A stretch of DNA of 64,000 nt from Clostridia bacterium. Lineage in GTDB: Bacteria; Bacillota; Clostridia; Oscillospirales; CAG-272. Each line of letters opens with the position of its first letter. The stretch's first letter is position 1. The notes below the pieces were generated by a model that searched no databases, had not been told where the DNA came from, and saw nothing but the letters and a program-made list of their open reading frames with translations. Of this stretch, positions 1-9,561 are shown piece after piece. Both the position numbers and the translations under genes were made by a program. The stretch covers positions 108,856-172,855 of the forward strand of contig JAFVZL010000043.1 of NCBI GenBank assembly GCA_017508195.1, given 5' to 3'.

Positions 1-1
1 C

Positions 2-409
2 GGTGCCGACGATTTCATCGTAAAGCCCTTTGATATGAAGGAGCTCTCCGCAAGAATAAAAGCAGTTCTCCGCCGTTACAGCGCGCATACTAAGACCAGT
101 GACGATGAGGTCGTTAAGTTTGAGAACATTGAGATCAGCCTCAAAAAATATGAGCTTAAGCTCTCGGGCAAGGCTGTTGACATCCCCCCGAAGGAGCTCG
201 AGCTACTCTACTTCCTCGCCTCCAACTGTAACCGCGTATTCACGAGAGATCAGCTTCTCGACAAGGTCTGGGGCTTCGACTATCTCGGTGACTCGAGAAC
301 GGTAGACGTTCACGTAAAGAGACTCCGTGACAAGCTTGAGGGCGCATCAGATAAGTGGGTGCTCAAGACCGTCTGGGGCGTAGGATATAAGTTTGAAACA
401 CTCGTTTAA
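2..409 (+). CDS. OmpR/PhoB-family response regulator, C-terminal part (5' end outside the window)
   Basis: The reading frame runs in from the window edge (GADDFIVKPFDMKEL...). Winged-helix effector-domain signatures are present (PKELELLYFLASN, RTVDVHVKRLRDKLE, WGVGYKF). Confidence 0.9.
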   Translation, partial: GADDFIVKPFDMKELSARIKAVLRRYSAHTKTSDDEVVKFENIEISLKKYELKLSGKAVDIPPKELELLYFLASNCNRVFTRDQLLDKVWGFDYLGDSRTVDVHVKRLRDKLEGASDKWVLKTVWGVGYKFETLV

Positions 410-428
410 TTAAAAATCAGACATAAAA

Positions 429-467
429 AGCGAAGCAGATTTTATCTGCTTCGCTTTTCTTTTTTTG
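429..467. terminator. Bidirectional intrinsic terminator between the response regulator gene and the parC-like gene
   Basis: Perfect 12-bp stem AGCGAAGCAGAT/ATCTGCTTCGCT with a short loop. It is flanked by an A-run upstream and a T-run downstream. Confidence 0.8.
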
Positions 468-532
468 GAAATGCGCCATATCTTGAACGCTTTCACGGTA
501 GCGATGACGCGCTTTTTCTTAATCTATCATAC

Positions 533-2755
533 TCAGATATTAAATGCAAGCTGATCAAGAGCAACACCTATTGAAGGTATTACGTTTTTCTTGCACTTCT
601 GTGCATCGGGTCCTACGTCATCGATACGGTCGGTAACGAGATCGACCTTTACGCCTTTCTTCGGAAGCTTCATTATCTGAACTCCCGAGGACCTTCTTGT
701 AGCCTTAAGCGGAATGATCGAGGACTTGATAAGCATTCCTCTGCCCGCATCCGAATGAATGAAGATATTAATAGGATTCTTACCCTCATAGATCGCTCCG
801 ACAAGGGGAGATTCATTGGAATATGCACCCGTGATTCTCTTTCGCCTTGACTTTGCTTCATATGCTCCGAGGCTTACGCGCAATCCCTTACCGTTCTCGA
901 AGATGTAGATCATATTGTGCTCGGGGTTGAGCTCATAGATCATCTTGCATCCGACAACGTGTTCATCGTTATCCATACCGAGCTTCGCGGGGACGTAGTC
1001 ACCCATCTGGCTCGGCTTAGAGATATCAAAGTCTGCGACTCTGGCGCGGTATATCTGTCCTCTGTCCGTGAAGAAGAGAACGTCACCGCGGTTATCGGTA
1101 TCCTCGGAGTAGATAACGAAGTCTCCCTCCTTCATCTTCTGCTCGTCAGCGGAGCGGCTGCCCTGCACCGAGAGCTTCTTGAAGTATCCGCCCTTCGTGA
1201 GGATGAGGCGGCAATTATAGTTCTCGAAGAAGATATCCTTATCCGGCTTGACAACGGTTTCCTTATCTACGATAAGTGTCTTTCTCGGCTTACCGTACTT
1301 CTTCTTTATACCTTGAAGCTGAGATATTATGAGCGCCTTGAGCTTAAGCTCGTCGCGGAGTATCTCTTTAAGCTCATCGATCTCCTTGCAGGTGGTCTCT
1401 ATTTCCTTGACTCTGTTGAAGATATACTGACGGTTGAGGTTACGGAGCTTTATCTCTGCGATATACTCACCCTGCCTTTTCGTGAGGTCGAAGCCCGCCA
1501 TAAGGTTGGGGACAACGTCCTCCTCCTTCTCAGTATTTCTGATAATGCGTATAGCCTTATCTATATCGAGAAGAATTGCCGCAAGACCGCGCAGAAGCTC
1601 GAGCTTGTCCTCTTTCTTTCCCAGCTCAAAAGAAAGCTCGCGCGTAAGACACTTCGATCGGAATTTAATCCACTCGAGAAGTATATCTTTGACACCAAGC
1701 TGCATAGGCGTGCCCTCAACGAGAATGTTGAAGTTACAGTCAAAGCTGTTTTCAAGCTCCGTTGCACTGAAGAGCTTCTGCATAACTATCTCGGGGTTTG
1801 CATCGCGCTTGAGGTCGATAATAAGCTTAAAACCGTTAAGATCGATGGCATCACGCGCATCGGTCGCCTCGCGGAGCTTACCGAGCCTTATAAGATCTAC
1901 GATCTTCTTCAGAATAGCCTCGGCAGACGACGAATAAGGAATCGAGAGTATCTCGAGCCTGTTCTCTTCCTTTACATACTGATAGGTAGCGCGCATCTTG
2001 AAGCTGCCGGTACCCGTTTCATAGATCTTACGCATCTGCTCTCTGTCGTAGATTATAGATGCTCCGCCGGGGAAATCGGGCGCCTTGATAACGTCAAGGA
2101 GCTTGTCTATCGTAGTTTTCGGATTCTTTAAAAGCGCGATCGTTCCGTCGCAGATCTCAGCCAGATTAAAGGAGGCTATCGAGCAAGCCATACCGACCGC
2201 AATTCCGATATTCGAAGAAACAAGAATATTCGGGAAAGTCGTAGGCAAGAGCGTCGGCTCTTCCATCGTATTATCGTAGTTAGGTACAAAATCGACAGCA
2301 TCCTTATCTATACCGCTGAAAAGCTCCTCGCAGAAGGGCTCGAGCTTCGCCTCAGTGTAACGGGATGCCGCGTATGCCATATCACGGGAATACTGCTTAC
2401 CGAATGATCCCTTAGAATCTATAAAGGGATGAAGAAGTGCCTCGTGGTCACGCGTCAATCGCACCATTGTTTCATATATAGATGCATCACCGTGAGGATT
2501 AAGACGCATAGTCTGTCCGACGATGTTCGCGCTCTTTGTCCTCTGCTTTGTCATAAGGCCCATCGTATACATAGTATAGAGAAGCTTTCTGTGAGAGGGC
2601 TTGAAGCCGTCTATCTCAGGGATAGCACGCGAAACTATTACGCTCATCGCGTACGGCATATAGTTTTTAACGAGAGTATCGGTTATAAGCTGAGGGGCTG
2701 CAGCAGCCTCGTTAGCCTTAAGGTCTATGACCTCGGTCTTCTTTTTTCTAGCCAT
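533..2755 (-). CDS. Type IIA DNA topoisomerase subunit A (ParC/GyrA family, ParC-like)
   Basis: 740 aa. Breakage-reunion domain motifs are present (SRAIPEIDGFKPSHRKLLY; catalytic Tyr context AASRYTEAKL). I saw no GyrA-box-like motif in the C-terminal domain. A GGTGA RBS lies upstream. Confidence 0.9.
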   Translation of the reverse strand: MARKKKTEVIDLKANEAAAAPQLITDTLVKNYMPYAMSVIVSRAIPEIDGFKPSHRKLLYTMYTMGLMTKQRTKSANIVGQTMRLNPHGDASIYETMVRLTRDHEALLHPFIDSKGSFGKQYSRDMAYAASRYTEAKLEPFCEELFSGIDKDAVDFVPNYDNTMEEPTLLPTTFPNILVSSNIGIAVGMACSIASFNLAEICDGTIALLKNPKTTIDKLLDVIKAPDFPGGASIIYDREQMRKIYETGTGSFKMRATYQYVKEENRLEILSIPYSSSAEAILKKIVDLIRLGKLREATDARDAIDLNGFKLIIDLKRDANPEIVMQKLFSATELENSFDCNFNILVEGTPMQLGVKDILLEWIKFRSKCLTRELSFELGKKEDKLELLRGLAAILLDIDKAIRIIRNTEKEEDVVPNLMAGFDLTKRQGEYIAEIKLRNLNRQYIFNRVKEIETTCKEIDELKEILRDELKLKALIISQLQGIKKKYGKPRKTLIVDKETVVKPDKDIFFENYNCRLILTKGGYFKKLSVQGSRSADEQKMKEGDFVIYSEDTDNRGDVLFFTDRGQIYRARVADFDISKPSQMGDYVPAKLGMDNDEHVVGCKMIYELNPEHNMIYIFENGKGLRVSLGAYEAKSRRKRITGAYSNESPLVGAIYEGKNPINIFIHSDAGRGMLIKSSIIPLKATRRSSGVQIMKLPKKGVKVDLVTDRIDDVGPDAQKCKKNVIPSIGVALDQLAFNI

Positions 2756-2766
2756 TTATATCACCG

Positions 2767-3813
2767 TCACAATCTTATTATATCATGCGCCGCAGCTCTG
2801 ATCATTCTGTTATAGAGCGCAAGTCCTATACCGTCCTTATCGGGCAGTGGCGCGTAAATTACATCGTAGTCGCATTTATCGGCATCTCGTAAAATACCGA
2901 ATAGCCTGTGAGCTTGCTCCGCAAGATCGGAGCGGCTGCCAAAATCGTAAAAATCAGCCGACGGTATCTCTTGCTTTATCAGCTCTTGATCCTCGGTGTA
3001 AGATATCACCGCGGTTCGTTCAGAAAGGTTTGCCTTAATATAGGCGGCAAACGCCTCGGCACTGCCGTCAAGCAGCACCACCCTCGCCTTCGGCGCATAA
3101 TGTCTGTATTTCATACCCGGAGAAAGAGCTACCTCCCCCTCACCGAGCTTATCGGTCACGGCATCCGCTATTCTTACATCAACCCCAAGCATTACAAGGT
3201 CTGTAACCGTTATCTTTCCGGGCCTTAAGAGAACGAGAGAGCCGTCATCATCTATCTTAACGATAGTGGATTCCAAACCGAACTCACACTCTCCGCCATC
3301 GATAATCATATCGCATCTGTCGTGCATATCATCGATAGCATGCTTTGCAGAGGTGGGAGAAGGTGAGCCCGAAAGGTTAGCTGACGGAGCGGCTATCGGT
3401 GTACCCGACAGTGCGATCAGCCTTCTCGCTATCGGATTCTCGGGGCATCTTACCGCAACCGTATCAAGACCGCCGCGCGTTGTGAGCGGAACGGTGTCAC
3501 GCGAGCGCATTATCACCGTGATCGGCCCCGGCATAAATGCCTCGGCAATTTTGTAGTATAGCTCCGAGGTATAGGTATATTTCTCCGCATCCACGGGGTC
3601 AGCTATATGTATTATGAGGGGGTTGTCCTTGGGACGACCCTTTGCCTCATATATTTTTTTTGCCGCATCGGGGCTGGTCGCATCGGCACCAAGGCCGTAG
3701 ACCGTCTCAGTAGGAAAAACTACAAGACCGCCACGCTTTATTATTTCCGCAGCATCGTAAATCTCCTTACAATCAAGGTCATCTGAGCCTATACTGACTA
3801 TCCTTGCCGTCAT
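2767..3813 (-). CDS. tsaC: L-threonylcarbamoyladenylate synthase (Sua5/YwlC/TsaC type, with C-terminal Sua5 domain)
   Basis: 348 aa with the YrdC signature VVFPTETVYGLGADA. The length fits the long Sua5 form. The start overlaps the prfA stop (ATGA). Confidence 0.9.
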   Translation of the reverse strand: MTARIVSIGSDDLDCKEIYDAAEIIKRGGLVVFPTETVYGLGADATSPDAAKKIYEAKGRPKDNPLIIHIADPVDAEKYTYTSELYYKIAEAFMPGPITVIMRSRDTVPLTTRGGLDTVAVRCPENPIARRLIALSGTPIAAPSANLSGSPSPTSAKHAIDDMHDRCDMIIDGGECEFGLESTIVKIDDDGSLVLLRPGKITVTDLVMLGVDVRIADAVTDKLGEGEVALSPGMKYRHYAPKARVVLLDGSAEAFAAYIKANLSERTAVISYTEDQELIKQEIPSADFYDFGSRSDLAEQAHRLFGILRDADKCDYDVIYAPLPDKDGIGLALYNRMIRAAAHDIIRL

Positions 3814-4886
3814 AGACCTTCCCCCTTCAGGCGCTCTGCCGCCTCTTGCGCCAGCAAATCACCAATTATATCGCCCATATCACCGTTAAGGAAAGCTGCG
3901 AGATTGAAAACCGTCTTGTTTATACGGTGATCGGTAACTCTTGACTGCGGGAAGTTATAGGTGCGTATTTTTTCGCTTCTGTCTCCGCTACCCACCTGGC
4001 TTTTACGCTGAGATGCAATAGCCTCACTCTGCTCGCGCTGCTTCATATCGTATATCTTTGAGTATAAGATACGAAGTGCTTTTTCCTTGTTCTGAAGCTG
4101 GCTTCTTTCCTGATCACACTCTATGACTATTCCCGTCGGAATGTGTGTCAATCGTACGGCAGACTCTGTCTTGTTGATGTGCTGACCGCCCGCACCGCTT
4201 GATTTACAGGACTCGATCTTTATATCCGCAGGGTTGATCTCAACCTCAACTGCATCGACCTCGGGAAGCACCGCAACGGTTACGGTGGAGGTCTGGATCC
4301 TTCCGTTCGACTCGGTTACGGGAATCCTTTGCACACGGTGAACTCCGCTCTCAAATTTAAAGCGCGAGTAAGCCCCCTCACCAATAACGGTGAAGGCAAT
4401 GGATTTTATTCCTCCGAGCTCGGTCTCGTTAAGCGACATTACGTCAATCTTGTATCCAAGTGCCGCGGAATACATAGAATACATACGGAAGATATCGGCG
4501 CCGAAGAGCGCAGCCTCCTCACCGCCGGCACCCTGTCTGATCTCAACTACAACGTTTTTATCATCATTAGGGTCCTTTGGGATAAGCAGGATCTTCAACT
4601 CCTCGGTAAGAAGCTCGAGTCTGTCCCTCGATGCCTTAAATTCATCCTCGGCAAGCTCTCTGAGATCAGAGTCGAGTGTAGAGTCGCGCATCATAAGATC
4701 GGCGTCCCTCATCTCGCTCTCGCAAGCCTTGTATTCGCGGTATTTTTCAACTACCGCCATTATAGAGTTATACTCACGTATAAGCTTCTGGTAGCGCGAA
4801 TTATCGGAAACGACTTCGGGGAGAGTGAGCATCTGCTCAATCTCCCTGAACCTGTCCTCTGCGCTCTGTAGCTTCTTTAAAAACAT
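3810..4886 (-). CDS. prfA: Peptide chain release factor 1
   Basis: 358 aa. GGQ motif (SGAGGQHINKTESAVR) and RF1-type P-x-T tripeptide (RIPVTESNGRIQTS). Confidence 0.95.
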   Translation of the reverse strand: MFLKKLQSAEDRFREIEQMLTLPEVVSDNSRYQKLIREYNSIMAVVEKYREYKACESEMRDADLMMRDSTLDSDLRELAEDEFKASRDRLELLTEELKILLIPKDPNDDKNVVVEIRQGAGGEEAALFGADIFRMYSMYSAALGYKIDVMSLNETELGGIKSIAFTVIGEGAYSRFKFESGVHRVQRIPVTESNGRIQTSTVTVAVLPEVDAVEVEINPADIKIESCKSSGAGGQHINKTESAVRLTHIPTGIVIECDQERSQLQNKEKALRILYSKIYDMKQREQSEAIASQRKSQVGSGDRSEKIRTYNFPQSRVTDHRINKTVFNLAAFLNGDMGDIIGDLLAQEAAERLKGEGL

Positions 4887-4933
4887 TTCCTTTACCTCTT
4901 CATCTCTTTTATAAAGAAACTAAGAAGGTTTGA

Positions 4934-6334
4934 CTACTTAATGAATGCTACGAAAGCCTTATAGGTCGAATATACGTCAGCCTTTGAAACTACCTCAAAG
5001 GGCGAATGCATAGAAATAACGGGAACACCGAGATCAACGGTCTCGATGTTATGATTTGCAATATACATTGCAACGGTTCCACCGCCACCAGCATCTACCT
5101 TACCGAGCTCTGCGGTCTGCCAGATAACGCCCTCTTCCTTAAAGAGTCTTCTGACAAAGCCAACGTACTCAGCAGAGGCGTCGTTGGTGTTGGACTTTCC
5201 GCCCGCACCGGTAAACTTGCTCATGCAGGTACCGCATGACATGATGGCGCTGTTGCGCTTCTCGTATACGTCCGCAAAGTTAGGATCGTATGCAGCTGTT
5301 ACGTCTGCGCTAAGGCACTTGGACTTGCTTCTGACAACGATAGGATCCGCACCGAGAGAGTTCGAAATCATAACGATAAGATCAACGAGAACATCGGACT
5401 GCATACCGGTCATACCAACCGAACCGATCTCCTCCTTGTCTGCGAGAACTACCATAACACTGCGCTCGGTCTTTTCGCTATCAAGAAGAGCGGTAAGTGC
5501 AGGATATGCACATACTCTGTCGTCATGTCCGTAAGAGCCTATAAGAGCACGGTCGAAGCCGATGTCTCTTGCCTTGGTTGCGGGAACGAGAGAGAGCTCC
5601 GCAGAAAGGAAGTCCTCCTCGGTTACGCCGTACTTATCGTAAAGGAGTGAAAGAACACTGAGCTTGATCTTCTCATCGACCTCGGGATCCGCATAAGGAA
5701 GCCCTCCTACGAGGATGTTGAGAGTCTCGCCCGAGATGGCGGTGCCGAGAGGCTCCTGTGCCTGCTTGCGTCCAAGATGAGGAAGAAGGTCGTTGATGTA
5801 GAATACAGGGTCACTGTCGTCCTCACCGATGCATACGTTAACTACCTCACCGTCAGCCTTGACCATAACACCGTGGAGTGCAAGAGGAAGAGCGGTCCAC
5901 TGATACTTCTTCACACCACCGTAGTAGTGGGTCTTGAGGAACGCCATTCCCGAATCCTCGTAAAGAGGGATCTGCTTGAGGTCGATTCTGGGAGAATCGA
6001 TATGAGCCGCGAGAATTCTGATACCCTCCTCGCTGATGTTGTCCTTTCCAACGTTAAAGAATACAACGCTCTTGCCATTATTATTGAAATAACGCTTGTC
6101 GCCAGCCTTGAGAGCATCACCGAACTTATACTCGGTATAACCGCGCTTCTCTGCCATTGCAATAGCCTCGCGTGTAGCCTCTCTCTCGGTCTTTGCTATA
6201 TCAAGATACTTCATGTATCCCTCTGCGTAATCGTAAATAGCTTTAATAGTGTCAGCGGAAGCCTCCTCGAAAACGTTCTTCTTCGAGTAAGAGAGCTTCT
6301 CGAGCATTTCCTTACCTGTAAGTACTTCAGACAT
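4934..6334 (-). CDS. M18-family aminopeptidase
   Basis: 466 aa. Motifs AAHIDSPRIDLK, HYYGGVKKYQW, GHDDRVCAY and MHSPFE are typical of aspartyl/M18 aminopeptidases. Confidence 0.8.
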   Translation of the reverse strand: MSEVLTGKEMLEKLSYSKKNVFEEASADTIKAIYDYAEGYMKYLDIAKTEREATREAIAMAEKRGYTEYKFGDALKAGDKRYFNNNGKSVVFFNVGKDNISEEGIRILAAHIDSPRIDLKQIPLYEDSGMAFLKTHYYGGVKKYQWTALPLALHGVMVKADGEVVNVCIGEDDSDPVFYINDLLPHLGRKQAQEPLGTAISGETLNILVGGLPYADPEVDEKIKLSVLSLLYDKYGVTEEDFLSAELSLVPATKARDIGFDRALIGSYGHDDRVCAYPALTALLDSEKTERSVMVVLADKEEIGSVGMTGMQSDVLVDLIVMISNSLGADPIVVRSKSKCLSADVTAAYDPNFADVYEKRNSAIMSCGTCMSKFTGAGGKSNTNDASAEYVGFVRRLFKEEGVIWQTAELGKVDAGGGGTVAMYIANHNIETVDLGVPVISMHSPFEVVSKADVYSTYKAFVAFIK

Positions 6335-6352
6335 TTGTAAGTCCTCCTTCTT

Positions 6353-6952
6353 TTATCTCAAAATTTTAATAATCAACTCGTTAACGCTCCTACGGAGCGA
6401 GTCTAGGTCATCACAGTTTTCTATAACGTGATCCGAGTGCTCTTTCAGCCACTCGTCTGACCTCTGCGAGGCAATTCTGCGTACCGCCTCTTCACGGGAT
6501 ATATTATCTCTCAGTGTTATTCGCTCTATTCTCTTCTCTATCGGAGCAGTGACAGAAACTATAACATCGCACTCCCGATCAAAGCCCGACTCAAACATAA
6601 GCGGAACATCAACAAAGACCGCGCGGTGTCCCTCGGCAGATAGACCGTCGATAATCCGTCTCGTTTCTGAAAGAACGTGCTTATGAGTAATAGCATTAAG
6701 CTTATCAAGAAGAGATCTCGGAGCATCTTCCCCGAAGACAATGGATGCAAGGGCGCGTCTGTCGAGCGCACCGTCGCGTATGATCCCGGTGCCAAACTCC
6801 ATAGAAAGCTCCGAAAGACAGAGAGATGGATGCGAGGTTATATCATGATAGATACTGTCGGTATCGACGGTGGGAAAGCCAAGCTCGTTAAGGATAGCAC
6901 TGACCGCGCCCTTACCGCTTCCGGATCCTCCGCAAAGACCTACGATAATCAA
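6353..6952 (-). CDS. coaE: Dephospho-CoA kinase
   Basis: P-loop GLCGGSGSGKG. The longest ORF reaches 7015, but a GGGAGGTG RBS followed by an in-frame TTG at 6952 gives a normal ~199-aa CoaE starting (M)IIVGLCGG. Confidence 0.85.
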   Translation of the reverse strand: MIIVGLCGGSGSGKGAVSAILNELGFPTVDTDSIYHDITSHPSLCLSELSMEFGTGIIRDGALDRRALASIVFGEDAPRSLLDKLNAITHKHVLSETRRIIDGLSAEGHRAVFVDVPLMFESGFDRECDVIVSVTAPIEKRIERITLRDNISREEAVRRIASQRSDEWLKEHSDHVIENCDDLDSLRRSVNELIIKILR

Positions 6953-7084
6953 GATATCACCTCCCGAATTATTCCTCACCAATTTATTATACAATAATAT
7001 TATAATAAAAGTCAAGTTTAATTTGCATGCAAAATAACAAAAATGCTACCGCCGGCAGTGCTGATAGCATGAAAGGAGTTTTAT

Positions 7085-8134
7085 TTGATAAAAGAATACA
7101 GTAATACCGGAAGAAAGCAATACTTCGCCGCCGCAAACGGTTATACGGGATTCCGCTCGCTTTTCGGCGAAATATTCAAAAGCGAGGATTATGATCGAAT
7201 ATTCGTTCTGAAGGGCGGTCCGGGAACCGGAAAGAGCACACTCACAAGACGCGTGCTCAGTCATGCCGAGAAAATAGGTATAGGATGCGAAGCAATATAT
7301 TGCTCATCCGACCCTTCCTCTCTTGACGGTGCGATAATAAGCAAGGATGGTGTAAAAATAGCCGTTCTCGACGGAACCTCGCCGCACGAGCGCGATGCGG
7401 TCATACCGGGTGCCGTCGATGAGATAATCAACCTGGCAGACGGATTCGATATATGCGCCATGAAAGCCGAACGAGAGCGAATAACAGAACTGTGTAAAGA
7501 TAAAAAAGCAGCTTACGAAAGGGCGTATTCCATACTCCGCTCAGCTGGATCTGTTTGGGATACCGCTTTCAACATATTTCTTAAATCCAAGCTATATTAT
7601 AAGGCAGAGTTGTTTGCCAAAGAGCTTTTTAAGGATGATAAAAAAAGCTATCTCGGGCCGTTCAAGCGAAAACTTATATCATCTTTTTCAAGACTCGGAC
7701 ACACCCACCTTATGCCCGAAGAAAATGCAACGGATCAGCTGATAAGCATCCGTGGTGACGGTATAAGCGAGTATATCGTGATGGGCTTATTATTTGATTT
7801 GCACTATGCCGCTGTTGGTGTTCAAGAGAAGTATCTCTCGCCGTTTTCCGAAAACATATGTGATGGCTTCTGCACCTCATCGAACCAATATGTGATAACG
7901 AACGAGAATGCTTCTTACGACGTATCGATGATTGATTCTCATGACTGTCCTGAGCTTGTATCTCTTCTCTCTACACACCGCGAACTTTTATCTCTCTCGT
8001 CCGGCGCATTTGACGAGGCTTCAAAATACCATTTTGAGCTTGAGAGCATCTACTCGGCTCATATAGACTTCACTGAAAACGAGCGGCTTCTTAAGCGTAT
8101 TACGGAATATATCGACTCACGGCTCGGCGTTTAG
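7085..8134 (+). CDS. Uncharacterised P-loop NTPase (conserved Firmicute ATPase of unknown function)
   Basis: 349 aa with a TTG start preceded by a GAAAGGAG RBS. Walker A is VLKGGPGTGKSTL. The DGTSPHERDAVIPGAVDEIINL block resembles, from my memory only, the uncharacterised family labelled PRK06851. Confidence 0.7.
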   Translation: MIKEYSNTGRKQYFAAANGYTGFRSLFGEIFKSEDYDRIFVLKGGPGTGKSTLTRRVLSHAEKIGIGCEAIYCSSDPSSLDGAIISKDGVKIAVLDGTSPHERDAVIPGAVDEIINLADGFDICAMKAERERITELCKDKKAAYERAYSILRSAGSVWDTAFNIFLKSKLYYKAELFAKELFKDDKKSYLGPFKRKLISSFSRLGHTHLMPEENATDQLISIRGDGISEYIVMGLLFDLHYAAVGVQEKYLSPFSENICDGFCTSSNQYVITNENASYDVSMIDSHDCPELVSLLSTHRELLSLSSGAFDEASKYHFELESIYSAHIDFTENERLLKRITEYIDSRLGV

Positions 8135-8151
8135 ATTTTTTTCCTCGTTTC

Positions 8152-8180
8152 TTGACATAGTAGTAAATTTATGCTATTAT
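8152..8180 (+). promoter_or_regulatory. Near-consensus sigma-A promoter with no downstream same-strand gene (faces antisense into ackA)
   Basis: TTGACA (8152-8157), a 17-nt spacer, then TGC-TATTAT (extended -10, 8172-8180). Confidence 0.4.
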
Positions 8181-8204
8181 ACTATTAGTGCGCCCGTGCG
8201 CAAA

Positions 8205-8233
8205 TAAAAACTGCCCCACACACCGTGGGGCAG
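8205..8233 (-). terminator. ackA intrinsic terminator
   Basis: On the minus strand: CTGCCCCA-cggtgtg-TGGGGCAG followed by TTTTTA, directly after the ackA stop. Confidence 0.8.
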
Positions 8234-8245
8234 ATAATGATAATA

Positions 8246-9451
8246 TCAAAGCTTGGATACGATATCCTCTGTATCTCTTGCTATAACGAGCTCTTCGTTG
8301 GTGGGGATCATGTAGACCGCTACCTTAGAGTTGTCGCTCGAGATCTTCACGGGAGTCGAGGAATGACCGAAGCTGTTACGGCTCTCATCGATCTCAACAC
8401 CGAGGTACTCAAGACCCGAGGTTGCGAGCGAACGGATAAGGGGCATGTGCTCTCCGATACCTGCAGTAAATACTATGGCATCAAGACCGCCCATAGCAGC
8501 AGAATAGGAGCCGATGAACTTCTTGATCTGGTAGCCCAGCATATCAAAGGTGAGCTTAGCTCTTGCATTTCCCTCACCCATTGCCTTTTCAAGGTCTCTC
8601 GAGTCAGAGCTGATGCCGCTGATACCAAGCATACCGCACTTCTTGTTCATATAAGCCTCTGCCTCAGCAGGAGTCATATTTTCCTTTTCCATAATGTAAG
8701 GAACGATAGCGGGGTCAATAGCACCGCAACGGGTACCCATAAGGATACCGTCAAGAGGAGTGAAGCCCATCGAGGTATCGATGCACTTTCCGTCCTTAAC
8801 TGCACTGATGGACGAGCCGTTTCCGATATGGCAGGTAACGATCTTCGTTCCCTTTGCTTCTCTCTCGAGCAGCTTAATCATCTCACCGCTTACGTATCTG
8901 TGAGAGGTACCGTGAGCACCGTAGCGACGGATCTGATACTTCTCGTACATATCGTAGGAAACACCGTACATGAAAGCTTCCTCGGGCATTGTCTGATGGA
9001 AGGCGGTGTCGAAAACGAGAACCTGGGGAGTCTTAGGCATTACCGAAAGGCAGCCCTTGATACCCATAATGTGTGCGGGTGTGTGAAGAGGTGCGTAGGA
9101 TACGCACTTAGCGAGAGTCTGCATAACCTCGTCGGTTACAAGAACAGACTCGGTAAAGTAAGCACCGCCATGGACAACCCTGTGACCGATAGCCTCGATC
9201 TCATCAACTGATGAGATGCATCCGACCTCGTTATCGAGAAGAGTCTCAACTACAAGGCGCATAGCCTCGGAATGATCGTTGAGAGTGCGCTCGTTGATGA
9301 ACTCGCTCTTTCCGGCAGTCTTATGAACAAGTCTCGAGCCCTCAATTCCTATTCTCTCGCAGTTACCCTTTGCCAAAACGGCGTCGGTAGCAGTGTCGAA
9401 TAGCTGATACTTAAGTGAGCTGGAGCCTGCATTTACAACAAGAACCTTCAT
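8246..9451 (-). CDS. ackA: Acetate kinase
   Basis: 401 aa. N-terminus MKVLVVNAGSSSLKYQLF, plus conserved blocks HRVVHGG and AGIGEH. Confidence 0.95.
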   Translation of the reverse strand: MKVLVVNAGSSSLKYQLFDTATDAVLAKGNCERIGIEGSRLVHKTAGKSEFINERTLNDHSEAMRLVVETLLDNEVGCISSVDEIEAIGHRVVHGGAYFTESVLVTDEVMQTLAKCVSYAPLHTPAHIMGIKGCLSVMPKTPQVLVFDTAFHQTMPEEAFMYGVSYDMYEKYQIRRYGAHGTSHRYVSGEMIKLLEREAKGTKIVTCHIGNGSSISAVKDGKCIDTSMGFTPLDGILMGTRCGAIDPAIVPYIMEKENMTPAEAEAYMNKKCGMLGISGISSDSRDLEKAMGEGNARAKLTFDMLGYQIKKFIGSYSAAMGGLDAIVFTAGIGEHMPLIRSLATSGLEYLGVEIDESRNSFGHSSTPVKISSDNSKVAVYMIPTNEELVIARDTEDIVSKL

Positions 9452-9486
9452 TTAATTTACTCCTTTAATTTAAAAATAACATACCT

Positions 9487-9515
9487 ATTATACACCGATA
9501 AACCAAAGATTTCAA
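9487..9515 (-). promoter_or_regulatory. ackA sigma-A promoter
   Basis: Minus strand: TTGAAA, a 17-nt spacer, then TG-TATAAT. It lies ~35 nt upstream of the AAAGGAG RBS. Confidence 0.6.
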
Positions 9516-9561
9516 CTCCAAAAAACAAAAAATGTCAAATTCTTTTTGAAAGGCGGTAAGT

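Noticed and set aside
6953-7015. 21-residue N-terminal extension of CoaE in the longest ORF
   Set aside because: The extension is encoded by AT-rich promoter-like DNA and contains the GGGAGGTG RBS for the in-frame TTG at 6952. Similar over-extensions were trimmed for rpmE, argR, nadK, nusB, dnaG, mraZ, ftsW, spoIIGA and the mreB-like gene.
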